From Trichinella spiralis (lineage: Eukaryota), in contig NW_003526945.1 in assembly GCF_000181795.1 (NCBI RefSeq), positions 915,645 through 954,399 of the forward strand: 38,755 nucleotides of DNA, in the 5' to 3' direction. The notes below the pieces were generated by a model. That model ran no database searches, had not been told where the DNA came from, and worked only from the letters and a program-made list of their open reading frames with translations. The translations under genes and the position numbers were made by a program. Of this stretch, positions 20,763-31,645 are shown in pieces (position 1 is the first letter of the stretch; each line of letters starts with the position of its first letter).

Positions 20763-21185
20763 GGCAGAAAAATGAAACAAAATGAAAAAATTACAATTCT
20801 TTTGAATGAAAATGAAAACGGGTGTTACTTGATGTTTGCAACAATCGATTTTGGGTCTGTGTCTGTTTTTGTAACAGTTTGAAAAATGATCAAATTGCAA
20901 TAGTGCTTGTAGGGCTGTTACATTTTAAGAACCACTTTTTCAGTTTAACTGTTATCGATGATTGCTGTTGCATTTTGGCTATTAATAGCAGTGCACTTGT
21001 GAGCAAGGTTTTCAATGATTTTTCACTCTTGTGCTTTTGCATTTTGATTAAATTATCATTCAAACACTTTCCGTTATTTCTAGTTGAAATTTATTTTTGC
21101 GTTTCATTGATTTGAAAAACAGCAGTTAATTGCTTTCTTTCATTTTTGATTTCTTAGAAAAAATGTATGCTGCTGTGAGGTATCA

Positions 21186-21198
21186 TTTATTCAATAAA
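21186..21198. terminator. Candidate bidirectional polyadenylation signal TTTATT-C-AATAAA
   Basis: AATAAA on plus at 21193-21198 and on minus at 21191-21186, between the 3' ends of the convergent KANK and FN3 genes. Confidence 0.45.
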
Positions 21199-24100
21199 AC
21201 AAATTGTGCAATGAAGCGGACAAATGCATGAATATTGCACTGTTCAATAGAATAAGAATTTGAGCGCGATTTTCTGCATATGATGACTGGAAAATTCCTG
21301 AAATGTGATGAACAAAAGATAAGTTGCGTAAATATATTGCGCAGTTTATTTTTCAGAGAGCTAAATTGTGCATTTTTTCATACTTTTGGACGATACTTTC
21401 ACATAATCACTTTCCATACATATATTTGCTACTGTACAAGCACGAAGTTTCACAAAGTATGTTGCGTCAGGTTTCAAAGGGCCATTGCAAAACCTGTGCT
21501 TGCCGTCGCAAGTGTCCAAGCCTGAAAATTTTGTCACACGATATTATTAAGTCACGATTTATTAAACAATTACCGATGACATATGAAGTATCTTTTGTTT
21601 TAGGATTGGCAAATGGTTGGTAATCAGGAGGGGTTGTGATATACGGAGGAGAAATATCGAATTCTTTCACCATTTCCCAGTTGTAAAGATGATATTCAAA
21701 CTTGTCTAGCTGAAATTACTCGAATGAACAACAAGAACAAGCAAATATTGTTGTGCGCTCACTTCAGAATCTTCTGTTACAATAATGTTATAATTATTAA
21801 TAACGCCATTGCTATCGGAAAAGAAATATTTGCCGAATGACACTTCTGCCATGGTATTTTCAATTCTGTGCACTTGCAAAGGAAAAGCCTCTGAAACCAC
21901 AATAAAATAATGCACGTTTGGATATCGGTGTGAATGTATGCCTGTAGATCCTGTCAGCACGGTCACAGATGCAGATTCACTTTCCAAATCGTCCGCTACT
22001 GCAGTCACGGAAAACGTGTACCAAGTTGATGGCTGCAAATGGCTTGCCAAAAATTGGCATTGGCTTGTATCAAATGATTCTGATGATTTCAATCCATCTG
22101 TACCTGAGTATCTTAAAAATACGTCCACTAACTTATATTAGCTTTATTTGATAAATAAATAACTGAAAGATACTATCGTTTAATGAAAATCATAAAGGGG
22201 GTGCATATGGCAGGCATATTTTCCAAAAACGATTAGATTAGATTAGATTAAAAATTACAATTCATATGCAGACATTTCCATTTGTAAAAAATAAAGAGCC
22301 ACATAAAAATTAACATACGAAATTCTGTAATAAATGTAGGGTAGTGTGGGATCATGTGCTGTCCAAAATAGTTTGACACTTCTGGATCGCGCTATCAAAT
22401 AGAAATTTTCAACTTTCTCCGGATCTGAAGAAATGCAAATGCATAAATAAAGTGAACAACACTTCATCTCAAGCAAATTTTAATCTTACAAGTAATGAAA
22501 ACTTTCATAACAGGTGAGCTGCGAACTGAATTATACACAGTGAACAAGTAACATTTGTACTTTCTTCCGGGTTTCAAGTTTTTAAACAAAAATGAACGAC
22601 TGCAAAGGAATTAAAATTTTGCAGAAGTTAAGACAAACAATAATAAACCTCTGATATATATAGATGTATATATATATACCTTTTATCATTTGGATCTTTT
22701 GTGAGAGTTATATTCACTTTATCATTTACGTTGAATACGAATTCATATTTTTCAAAGCGTGCACCATCTACGTCAGTTGGAGTGAACTTTAGTTTCAACG
22801 AAGTTGTCGTAATTTTTCCGACCTCTAGCATGGAAGATATTACAGGTGCTTAAAGTAAAATGAGAATTAATTTTCTAACTTCTAAATTTAAGTCATTTAC
22901 GGGTTGTCAGGTTCAAATGAACAGGATCACTTTTCCATCCAAACAACTTTGATGTGTTTGTTAATGAAAATACGTATTCTGTTGCTGGTTTCATCATGCT
23001 CAGACTTACAGAATTTGTATCGTAAACTATCATATTTTCAGATGAACTGGGTGATTTCTAAATAAGCCTGTGTATTTGAATAAAATGTGAAAATTTTGCA
23101 TGTTAAAAGTGGATATCAATTACAGTAGTATATATATATATATAGATATAATTAAACATCATTAACTTCATCTTCTATTAAAATGAATGACTACGCTTTT
23201 CATTGAAATATAATTATTAAAATGAAAATGAATTATTTATATGCACAGTTTATCAGTGACTTGAAGAAATAAATTTCAGAAGTTATTCCTGCTAAAAATG
23301 TGCTCATCAAACTGAGGCATGCATTGGTTGAATGTAATATTGAATGAATGAATGAATATTGTGTGCAATATATACTTTACTTTACTAGACAGTATAGACA
23401 AATTAAAAACAACTTTTTAGTATTGTCAAAACAGTGATCAATGGGTTAGTTGGTGTTTTATTTTGCAAAAAATGCATTTATTCCTTTTAAATCCGTTTAT
23501 TGCAAAAATTGTCGCAATCTCGAAGTAGAAATGTTAGTTAGTGCGTGTTGAAGTGGTAATGAACTGAAGTTTTCTCAGTTGAGAAGTCAAATCTGTGCAA
23601 TTTCAATTCAAAAAAGGATGCGTCATTGCGTATTGAACAATTTATGGATCAGTTTAGCAACTCACTTTTTTTTCATAATACGTTAAAATGGGAACGTAAT
23701 ACAAATTCTCTGCATGTTCGGTTGATTTCCAAGATAGTCTAACCTTTGATTCATGGTTGTCCGCTGTAGATGCATCAGCAGTTTGAAAATTTTCAATCAT
23801 ACGAGGATCTACAATTAATTTTCGTCAAACTTCTTATCTTATTTTATGAATTGAAAACTTGTTCATTTTATACAATCATGCATCAAATCAAATCAAATCA
23901 AATCAAATCAAATCAAATCAAATAATGCAATATTTTCTATTAGCGTGACTTACATTCGAAGTTTAAAGTTTCCTCGTATACAATTTTCCACGCGTTCAGA
24001 TGCTGATTGAAACATATCAGTGTGAACTACAAAATAATGACGCTCTTGAAATGATCAACAACTCATATTTTGGAGCACAGTTCAGATTAAAATGTCATGT

Positions 24101-24951
24101 ACTCGAAAAGTCTGTCGAACTCACACCCACAGTTTTACATACGTCAATAATGCTAACAGGATGTTTTAATAGAAAGCAACTTTCAATGACTGATCAACTG
24201 ATAACCAGGAACACATGATTTTTGTTTTCCGGTTTAACAATACTCATTTATTATCTATCCAAGCTTATTGATAAAACTGTGCAAGACTTCATTGAGAACT
24301 TTCGTTTGTGCCTTTGTAAAATTTTTTGCTAAACCTAAATATCAGTAAACGGACTGGCAATGCGTACTTTAAACATTTGATTCGGCATAATTTTCAAAAG
24401 GGCAAAATTTTCTTTTCTTTTCAAACTGCTACAATTGTTTGGCAAATCCGTCAGCTCTGTGCAATTCAAGTAACAAAAAGAACAGACTTGGATGCATTGG
24501 ACATTCCAAGAAATGCGTAAATATTCATTTTCTTTGAGAAAACTGAATCCGTTTTGAGAAGCTGTAAATATTTTCTAAAAAACAGCTGAAAAGCGTTACT
24601 GAATTCATTAAATACCTTTTCTGAGATTTGCAAGTGTAGCAGCAGCAGAATGATTGTTCAACGTTACATAGGGAAATATTTTCTAAAATAGACTGAAAAT
24701 TAATTGGCACATTTCCACTCATTATACAAACAGTGCAGATGAGCAGATGAGCGTGCATTTCGTGGCAAATAAGTGGAATATTAAATTGATAACTGTGACT
24801 AGTTGAAAGTGAACAGTGAACTTACTGAAAATTCTACAATTGCACTGTTTTAGTTTACAAAAAATTTAAAAACTGTCATTACCTGATTGGAATTATTTGC
24901 AAACCAAAGTATGATAGTGATAAATAAGAGCGTACTGTTCGCTTCTAGCAT
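21191..24951 (-). CDS. Fibronectin type III repeat cell-surface/secreted protein resembling the R3 receptor tyrosine phosphatase (PTP10D/DEP-1/PTPRJ) ectodomain, with no catalytic domain, ~493 aa
   Basis: Exons 24883-24951 (signal-like MLEANSTLLFITIILWFANNSNQ), 23954-24002, 23666-23808, 22901-23057, 22680-22848, 22490-22599, 22319-22424, 21942-22111, 21763-21890, 21574-21709, 21384-21521, 21191-21297 sum to 1482 nt, in frame. FN3 signatures: VRLSW...MKPATEYVFSL, LKLKF...NLKPGRKYKCYLFTV, VKLFW...HLQPSTWYTFSVTAV. R3-PTP membrane-proximal signatures: FFSDSNGVINNYNIIVTED, PPYITTPPDYQPF, YVIGLDTCDGKHRFCNGPLKPDATYFVKLRACT. First and last exons are less certain. Confidence 0.85.
23882..23922. repeat. 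(ATCAA)8 pentanucleotide microsatellite, intronic in the FN3 gene
   Basis: atcaaatcaaatcaa... perfect run. Confidence 0.9.
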
Positions 24952-27900
24952 ACTGAGAGTATACAGGAAAGAATAAGTGTCAGAATATAAGGTTGTAGTC
25001 TTTGAAAGTTTATTCACAGAGAAAGACAGACCGCTCTTTTCTACAATACTGTACAACCAAATAACTAGAAGCTGACTTGTTTGTACAAATGTCAATATAA
25101 ATTCGTGTTGTCCACAGAATAACAGGAAAAGGTGACAGTATAGCCGTCTCGACACCACGTGAGCGCTATTTCGAAGTATTTATATAAGCATCCATTCACT
25201 CAGCAACGACGTCAGCATCTGGGAATATTTGTTTATACTTACTTGCACATTTCAATCTTACTGAAGTTTTGGTCATGTGATTTTTAAACTTTTTACAAGA
25301 ATACATATGATAATTTAATAAGCAGTGTTTAAAAGTGGACAAATAAAAGCAACATAATAGCGAACCATTTACTGGAATTTACACGAATTCTGAGGTACTG
25401 TAAAGTTTATAAATCAGTAATTGTGAAAAATAATATGGAGTATGTTATGAATCAGAATTGGTGATTTGATTAAAATTAGCTTGAGCGTGAATACAAAGTG
25501 CCAAAAATTACACCAGACATCAGCCAACAGTGAAATACATCTTGCCCCATTGGTTGTGCTTTTGGTATGCATGTCGAAACCAGAGGTCAGCGTGACATCT
25601 GGGTCCAGAAGAAAAATTGTGTGCAATCGTGAAACGGCTCCAGGTCAACAAATAAGCTAACAGCGAGTTAGTGTAAACAACATCAGCGAGAAAAATGTCA
25701 GTCATTCTTCGCGTGTTCAGCAGAAATCCGTCGGCTTAGAATAGCACTGTTTGTATGTGTGCATGATTCAGAGGTATTCTAGTTCTTCATAATTTTTCTG
25801 TTCCATTATTTTGGCATAATAAATATTTAACAAATAACTGACAGGCTGGTAAGTGAGCGACAGAATTGCAGGCGATGACCGTTGGCAGCTGACTAAAAAA
25901 AGAACGAACACTAGTCATACTTGATCAAGGTGAAACTTTTCATCAAGTGGACAGTAATTTTTGGGGACATTGTATAGAATGTTTGAAATTTAAAATTTTG
26001 AGCAGATGATATTGTATTAATGAGGAAACAAAGAAAAGAATTATACTGTTCAGAGTACAGCTTACTCCATGCAATAAACGCTATCATCTACTAGCTACAC
26101 GATCTAAGCAATTAATATGAGCATATTGCTGTTGTCAATATTCCAGAAAAAGTATGACTGGAAGAAGTTGTCAGTACACTGACGGGAAACTGAGAAATTC
26201 TGCACCATCTGGAATGGTTCATCAGTTTTGCTTTGATTCGCGTCGATAGAGCTAGCTGCACTGTCCAAATGGAAGTTTTTGGTAAGTTGCAACCGCGACG
26301 AGCTACTGCATATTGTAGGAAGAAAAAGAGACGAACGAAACGATACAATGAAGATGGACTGCTGCTGGCAGCGGCTTAATTTACCAAATTGAACACAGAA
26401 AAGTGCGAAAGCAGAAAAGAAAAAAGGTCCCAAAAAATAGATAGAATCACTCACAAATATTGCTGACCAATACAACAACAGAGAATATAAAACTTGAATC
26501 TGACAACTGAATCACTCGATGTGAAGCCTACAATAAAAATGGAATTTGATTTTAAGTATAACAAACGTATAACCAACTGTGGCCAGCGAACAAATCCATT
26601 CCAACATAGAATGGAATACAATTGCAAAAACGTTCAAAAAGGCGACATTTCAAAGTTAATATCAAGTTGTGTGACAAATTTAACAACCATAAGAGGACAA
26701 GATAAAGCTTTCAGCGATTGAAGGTACCAGAGCTAATTATCTTGGACTCGACTAGTTTAAACTATCAGGAATAATCAACTGACACAAAAATAGCTAAAAC
26801 TAAACACACACATACAGTCACACACACAAACACACATATATATATATATATGTATATAAATATAGGTGCGTATGTATATGGTCAATGAAAGTTTTATGTT
26901 CTTGTTGCAGTGCAAATGCGCAAACGTTGTACAAATAAAACGTAAAATTGCAGATTACGATTCTGGCGTTTATTGCATTTTTATTTATACATTTTTGCAA
27001 ACAATTGAAAAGCTGTTATCTGAAGCTTTCATCTTTTACATGCATTTCTTCTATATTTCCACTCTTGTTGTGTATGTTTTGATTATTCAGATGAATAAAG
27101 CTGCTTTTGATTGTATCAAAAAACAAAAATACCTTCGTTTAATTGTAACATTTATTAATAGTAATAATAATAATAATAAGCATCACTGGAGTGATGTTGC
27201 TTAGCTTCTATGTTATACAAATTTACAGTTTTCTTTTTTGATGTTAATCTGAATTTTGGATTGATGTTTCATTGGAAAAATTAAATAAAATCATTAAATA
27301 AGTGAAATCAATTCAATTTTACATCCAACACATGTGAGCGGTGAGAATTTGAAGTGAACCAAATGCTTGCATTTATTTTCGTCACAATGCAAGCAACATT
27401 GATAGATGTATACTAATTTTAGCATGGACGGATGGAAGAATAAAAAAAATATTTTTCTTGTTACTGTAGTTCACATAATCTCAGAAGCATGTTGTCTTGA
27501 ATGATTGAAATGTTCGATCACTTGCAGATGATTTATTGAGAAAAATTTATTTGACACTTTGAAACTACACCAGGAACAAAAGTGAAACTTCTTCATTTTC
27601 CAAAAAATGCGTTTAAAATTTCCTAAATTCAATTGAGCAATGAAATTATCATTCAAGCGTTACAAAGCAGCATCAGAATTAAGTAACGTTGATTTAGCTA
27701 AAGAAACAATAAAATAATCATTTATATAAAAAGAACTGGAACTGCAATGATAACTAGACGACAGAAATAATATGATAGTTATTACTGTAAAGTTGCATAT
27801 CATGAATTACTGTTGCTAATAGTTGTGAAAATTACAGTCAACGTAATGAAAAGTAGGCAAAGCAATTGTTTACCATGAATTTCATGCAAATTTTCATTCG

Positions 27901-29114
27901 AGTGCTAATTCATTTACTCGCGTGGGGTTAGTTGCTATAGCTGTTGTCGTACGTTGTGCGGTGATTGAACAATGTGTTATTTTCCAAGTGGCGACAGCCC
28001 CACATCCAAAAGGCAAATTCCGTTTTTTCGTTTATTTTACTTCTATTTCCATAAAGTAATTCATCATAATTTAGAACACTAAAAAAGAAAGATGGCTTTC
28101 AATGTGGTGAAGATCGCAATTCAAATAAGTTGCATTATACGTAAGTTAACTGGTAATTTTCTAAAAATAAAACAAATGATAGATGCTGAGTTTATGAGGT
28201 TCAATAACATAACGGTGATAAAAAGTAATCAGTTCTATAAACTTTCAAGTCTAAATTAGCAGATGCATTTTTGGAAATCACTTCAAAAATTTCAAGCATT
28301 ATAATAGTTCTTTATAATTGTAGAAAATAAAAGAAAGAACTGTAGAACTTGAGATTATGGCAATTCTAATTGAAATATCTCAAAATTCATCTTCGAGATC
28401 ATGTTGAAGTGATTTTCAGAAAAAAAGTAATTTAGCGTTGCGTTTTAATGCAGTTTGACTATGTCGAATAACGTTAACTGATCGATATTAATCTAATGCG
28501 CTTTTCTGTAAGCAGTCTTATCACTAGTAATGCTTTTTGCTTATTTGACTAACGTGAACAGCAAAAGCGTTGCATAACGTTCATTTGCTGATTTTCATTT
28601 GAACCAACTGTGAGATTATTCCAAGAATTTTCAAATAGTTGTTTTCTTATTGGTAGAAATTGCCAGTGCATTTCTTCTGCTCATATTATGGCTTAGGTTA
28701 GACTTTATCTTCAGCCAAAAGTTCTAACGCACTAAAAACCGGTTTCTAACGCTGCATTATGCAAATAACTATCGCTATAACGCGCCTTATCATCAGTAAG
28801 GGTGCGTTTGTTTGCTTAATTTACGTGGCAATTAGTAGCATCGTTGAACGTTCTCTGAGTTCATTATAGCGTTAAGTAGCTGCTGAAGTCGGTTTCAGAA
28901 TTACTGACAAGTATTCTACTTTTCCGCTTTTTATTTTTTATAAATTTTATATAATCATTATATAAACAATTATTTTTTCATTAGATAGCACTTAATTATA
29001 TTATATTATATTTGTTGTAAATCTATTTTGTCATAAAGTGAGGATAGTTTTGATTTAATATCATTATTACAGGTTTAAAGAATGGAGCAAAGAAAATGTT
29101 AAAACGCGGAAGAT

Positions 29115-29189
29115 ACGAAGCGGATCGAGGACGACACGAAGCGGATCGAGGACGACACGAAGCAGATCGAGGACCACACGAAGCAGAAC
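29115..29189 (+). repeat. 21-bp tandem repeat, ~3.5 copies (ACGAAGCRGATCGAGGACSAC)
   Basis: Units at 29115-29135, 29136-29156, 29157-29177, and partial at 29178-29189. Confidence 0.9.
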
Positions 29190-29435
29190 AAGAGAAGACA
29201 AAGTTCCTGGGACCCCAATTCTGTAGGTCTGGGATTGGGATACTTCGAAAGGGCGAAGTTATCCCATAGTTGTAATTAAGTTAACGACCAACCTACATGG
29301 CTGAGTTTTGAATTAATGCAGTATTTGGTCTTTCACGCAGCAATATTTTTGTGTGCAACTGCTTTCATGTGTCGAAATAATTTTTGATTTCATTTTATTT
29401 TGTAATTTTTGTTTTCTTTCTACATAGTTTAATTT

Positions 29436-29909
29436 NNNNNNNNNNNNNNNNNNNNNNNNNNNNNNNNNNNNNNNNNNNNNNNNNNNNNNNNNNNNNNNNN
29501 NNNNNNNNNNNNNNNNNNNNNNNNNNNNNNNNNNNNNNNNNNNNNNNNNNNNNNNNNNNNNNNNNNNNNNNNNNNNNNNNNNNNNNNNNNNNNNNNNNNN
29601 NNNNNNNNNNNNNNNNNNNNNNNNNNNNNNNNNNNNNNNNNNNNNNNNNNNNNNNNNNNNNNNNNNNNNNNNNNNNNNNNNNNNNNNNNNNNNNNNNNNN
29701 NNNNNNNNNNNNNNNNNNNNNNNNNNNNNNNNNNNNNNNNNNNNNNNNNNNNNNNNNNNNNNNNNNNNNNNNNNNNNNNNNNNNNNNNNNNNNNNNNNNN
29801 NNNNNNNNNNNNNNNNNNNNNNNNNNNNNNNNNNNNNNNNNNNNNNNNNNNNNNNNNNNNNNNNNNNNNNNNNNNNNNNNNNNNNNNNNNNNNNNNNNNN
29901 NNNNNNNNN
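29436..29909. other. Assembly gap (N run)
   Basis: Run of n. Further gaps at 30695-31167, 32330-32339, 36464-36933 and 38091-38156. Confidence 0.99.
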
Positions 29910-30160
29910 GATTTTCACTTTTTTTTTCTAATATTGACATTTGGCATGCTTTTTTCAAATTTATTTTTCCAAATATTTTTTTTTTTTGATTTTTTTTATT
30001 TTGAAGTTGGACTTTGTAAAAATCTCTGACACATGAAAAGCATTGCATACAAATAAGTAAACACGTAATAAACCATGGAAAAATAATGGACATGGAGAAG
30101 AAAGAGGACAAGTGGAGAAAGCCAAGATCGGTGAAAGGTTGTGGATAGGTTGGATCGAAT

Positions 30161-30211
30161 CGTTTGTTGGTCAATTGCGTTCGTTGGTCAATTCCGTTCG
30201 TTGGTCAAGTG
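30161..30211. repeat. 17-bp tandem repeat, 3 copies (CGTTYGTTGGTCAAKTS)
   Basis: cgtttgttggtcaattg / cgttcgttggtcaattc / cgttcgttggtcaagtg. Confidence 0.9.
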
Positions 30212-31397
30212 AGGTAAGTATAGGCACGTTGGAGAAGATACGATTTGGCGATGTCGAGTTTGGAAAGCTTCTTCATTACAAAGACACAATACACAGACGT
30301 AACAAAAGACCAATACTGCGTTATTTCTTAACGATGATGCTCATGTAGGATTAGTTAAAAAGGGGAAAATCATGTTTGCCATTACTAGTTGCCAGCCAGC
30401 AATATTAATTAGTTTATAGGAACAAAAACAAAACAGTTAAAATGGGGGAAAATCAAATAATACACGTAATACATGTAAATTAATAATCTATTTAAAAGTA
30501 AGAAAAAAAATTTTTTTTCTTTTAATATAAATCAAGAACAATGCAACACAAACAACAATTCTTTATTAATGAAAAAGTTTATTTTTCAAAAAAAAGATAA
30601 ATGTGCAATGTAATACAAACAAACAGATAAAGTCTGGCATAAATGAGTTCTGCGAAATGGCAAACATGCCGGAAATGGGACTTGAAATATTTAANNNNNN
30701 NNNNNNNNNNNNNNNNNNNNNNNNNNNNNNNNNNNNNNNNNNNNNNNNNNNNNNNNNNNNNNNNNNNNNNNNNNNNNNNNNNNNNNNNNNNNNNNNNNNN
30801 NNNNNNNNNNNNNNNNNNNNNNNNNNNNNNNNNNNNNNNNNNNNNNNNNNNNNNNNNNNNNNNNNNNNNNNNNNNNNNNNNNNNNNNNNNNNNNNNNNNN
30901 NNNNNNNNNNNNNNNNNNNNNNNNNNNNNNNNNNNNNNNNNNNNNNNNNNNNNNNNNNNNNNNNNNNNNNNNNNNNNNNNNNNNNNNNNNNNNNNNNNNN
31001 NNNNNNNNNNNNNNNNNNNNNNNNNNNNNNNNNNNNNNNNNNNNNNNNNNNNNNNNNNNNNNNNNNNNNNNNNNNNNNNNNNNNNNNNNNNNNNNNNNNN
31101 NNNNNNNNNNNNNNNNNNNNNNNNNNNNNNNNNNNNNNNNNNNNNNNNNNNNNNNNNNNNNNNNNNNGCGTTGCCAGGCAGATGGAATCGTTACGCCTTA
31201 TAAGCCTTGCCGCCTCATGCACATCAAATGCCGTCACACCTGATACTCAATATTAATGTACTGTCCTGCAGAACCAACTCATGTTTGCATACTTACCGTA
31301 TGATTTACAACTCATCATTATTGATTTAATGTATTATGCCTACTTATCTTTTCAAATAAAACTGACAACTGTAAGTTGCTGTTTTTTGCTTGTAATC

Positions 31398-31645
31398 AAA
31401 ACCCTCTAATTAACCACTAAAAATCCCTGCTGAAATATGTAGTTACATGTGTCGTAATTATACCTAATTAGAGAATATTATTACCCACTTTTGTGTTTAC
31501 ATTGTATGTTAATCATTAATTAAAAAACTCTCACTGCTAAAATATGTTGTTACGAGTGACGTTTTTAACCTAATTCAAAATTAAAATACTCAGTGTTGCA
31601 TTTACGTTGCATTTTAAACTTTCTAATTAGCATATTAAAATTAAT
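31398..31645. repeat. Degenerate ~107-bp tandem repeat (2+ copies)
   Basis: ctgctgaaatatgtagttacatgtgtcgtaattatacctaatt at 31427 aligns with ctgctaaaatatgttgttacgagtgacgtttttaacctaatt at 31534; similarity continues downstream. Confidence 0.7.

Noticed and set aside
26104..26478. 124-aa minus-strand ORF as a gene or upstream exon of the FN3 protein
   Set aside because: No recognisable domain, starts at a non-ATG codon, and no phase-consistent link found; the FN3 gene already has a plausible signal-peptide exon.
29115..29189. CRISPR-like repeat
   Set aside because: Head-to-tail units with no unique spacers, no cas genes, eukaryotic context.
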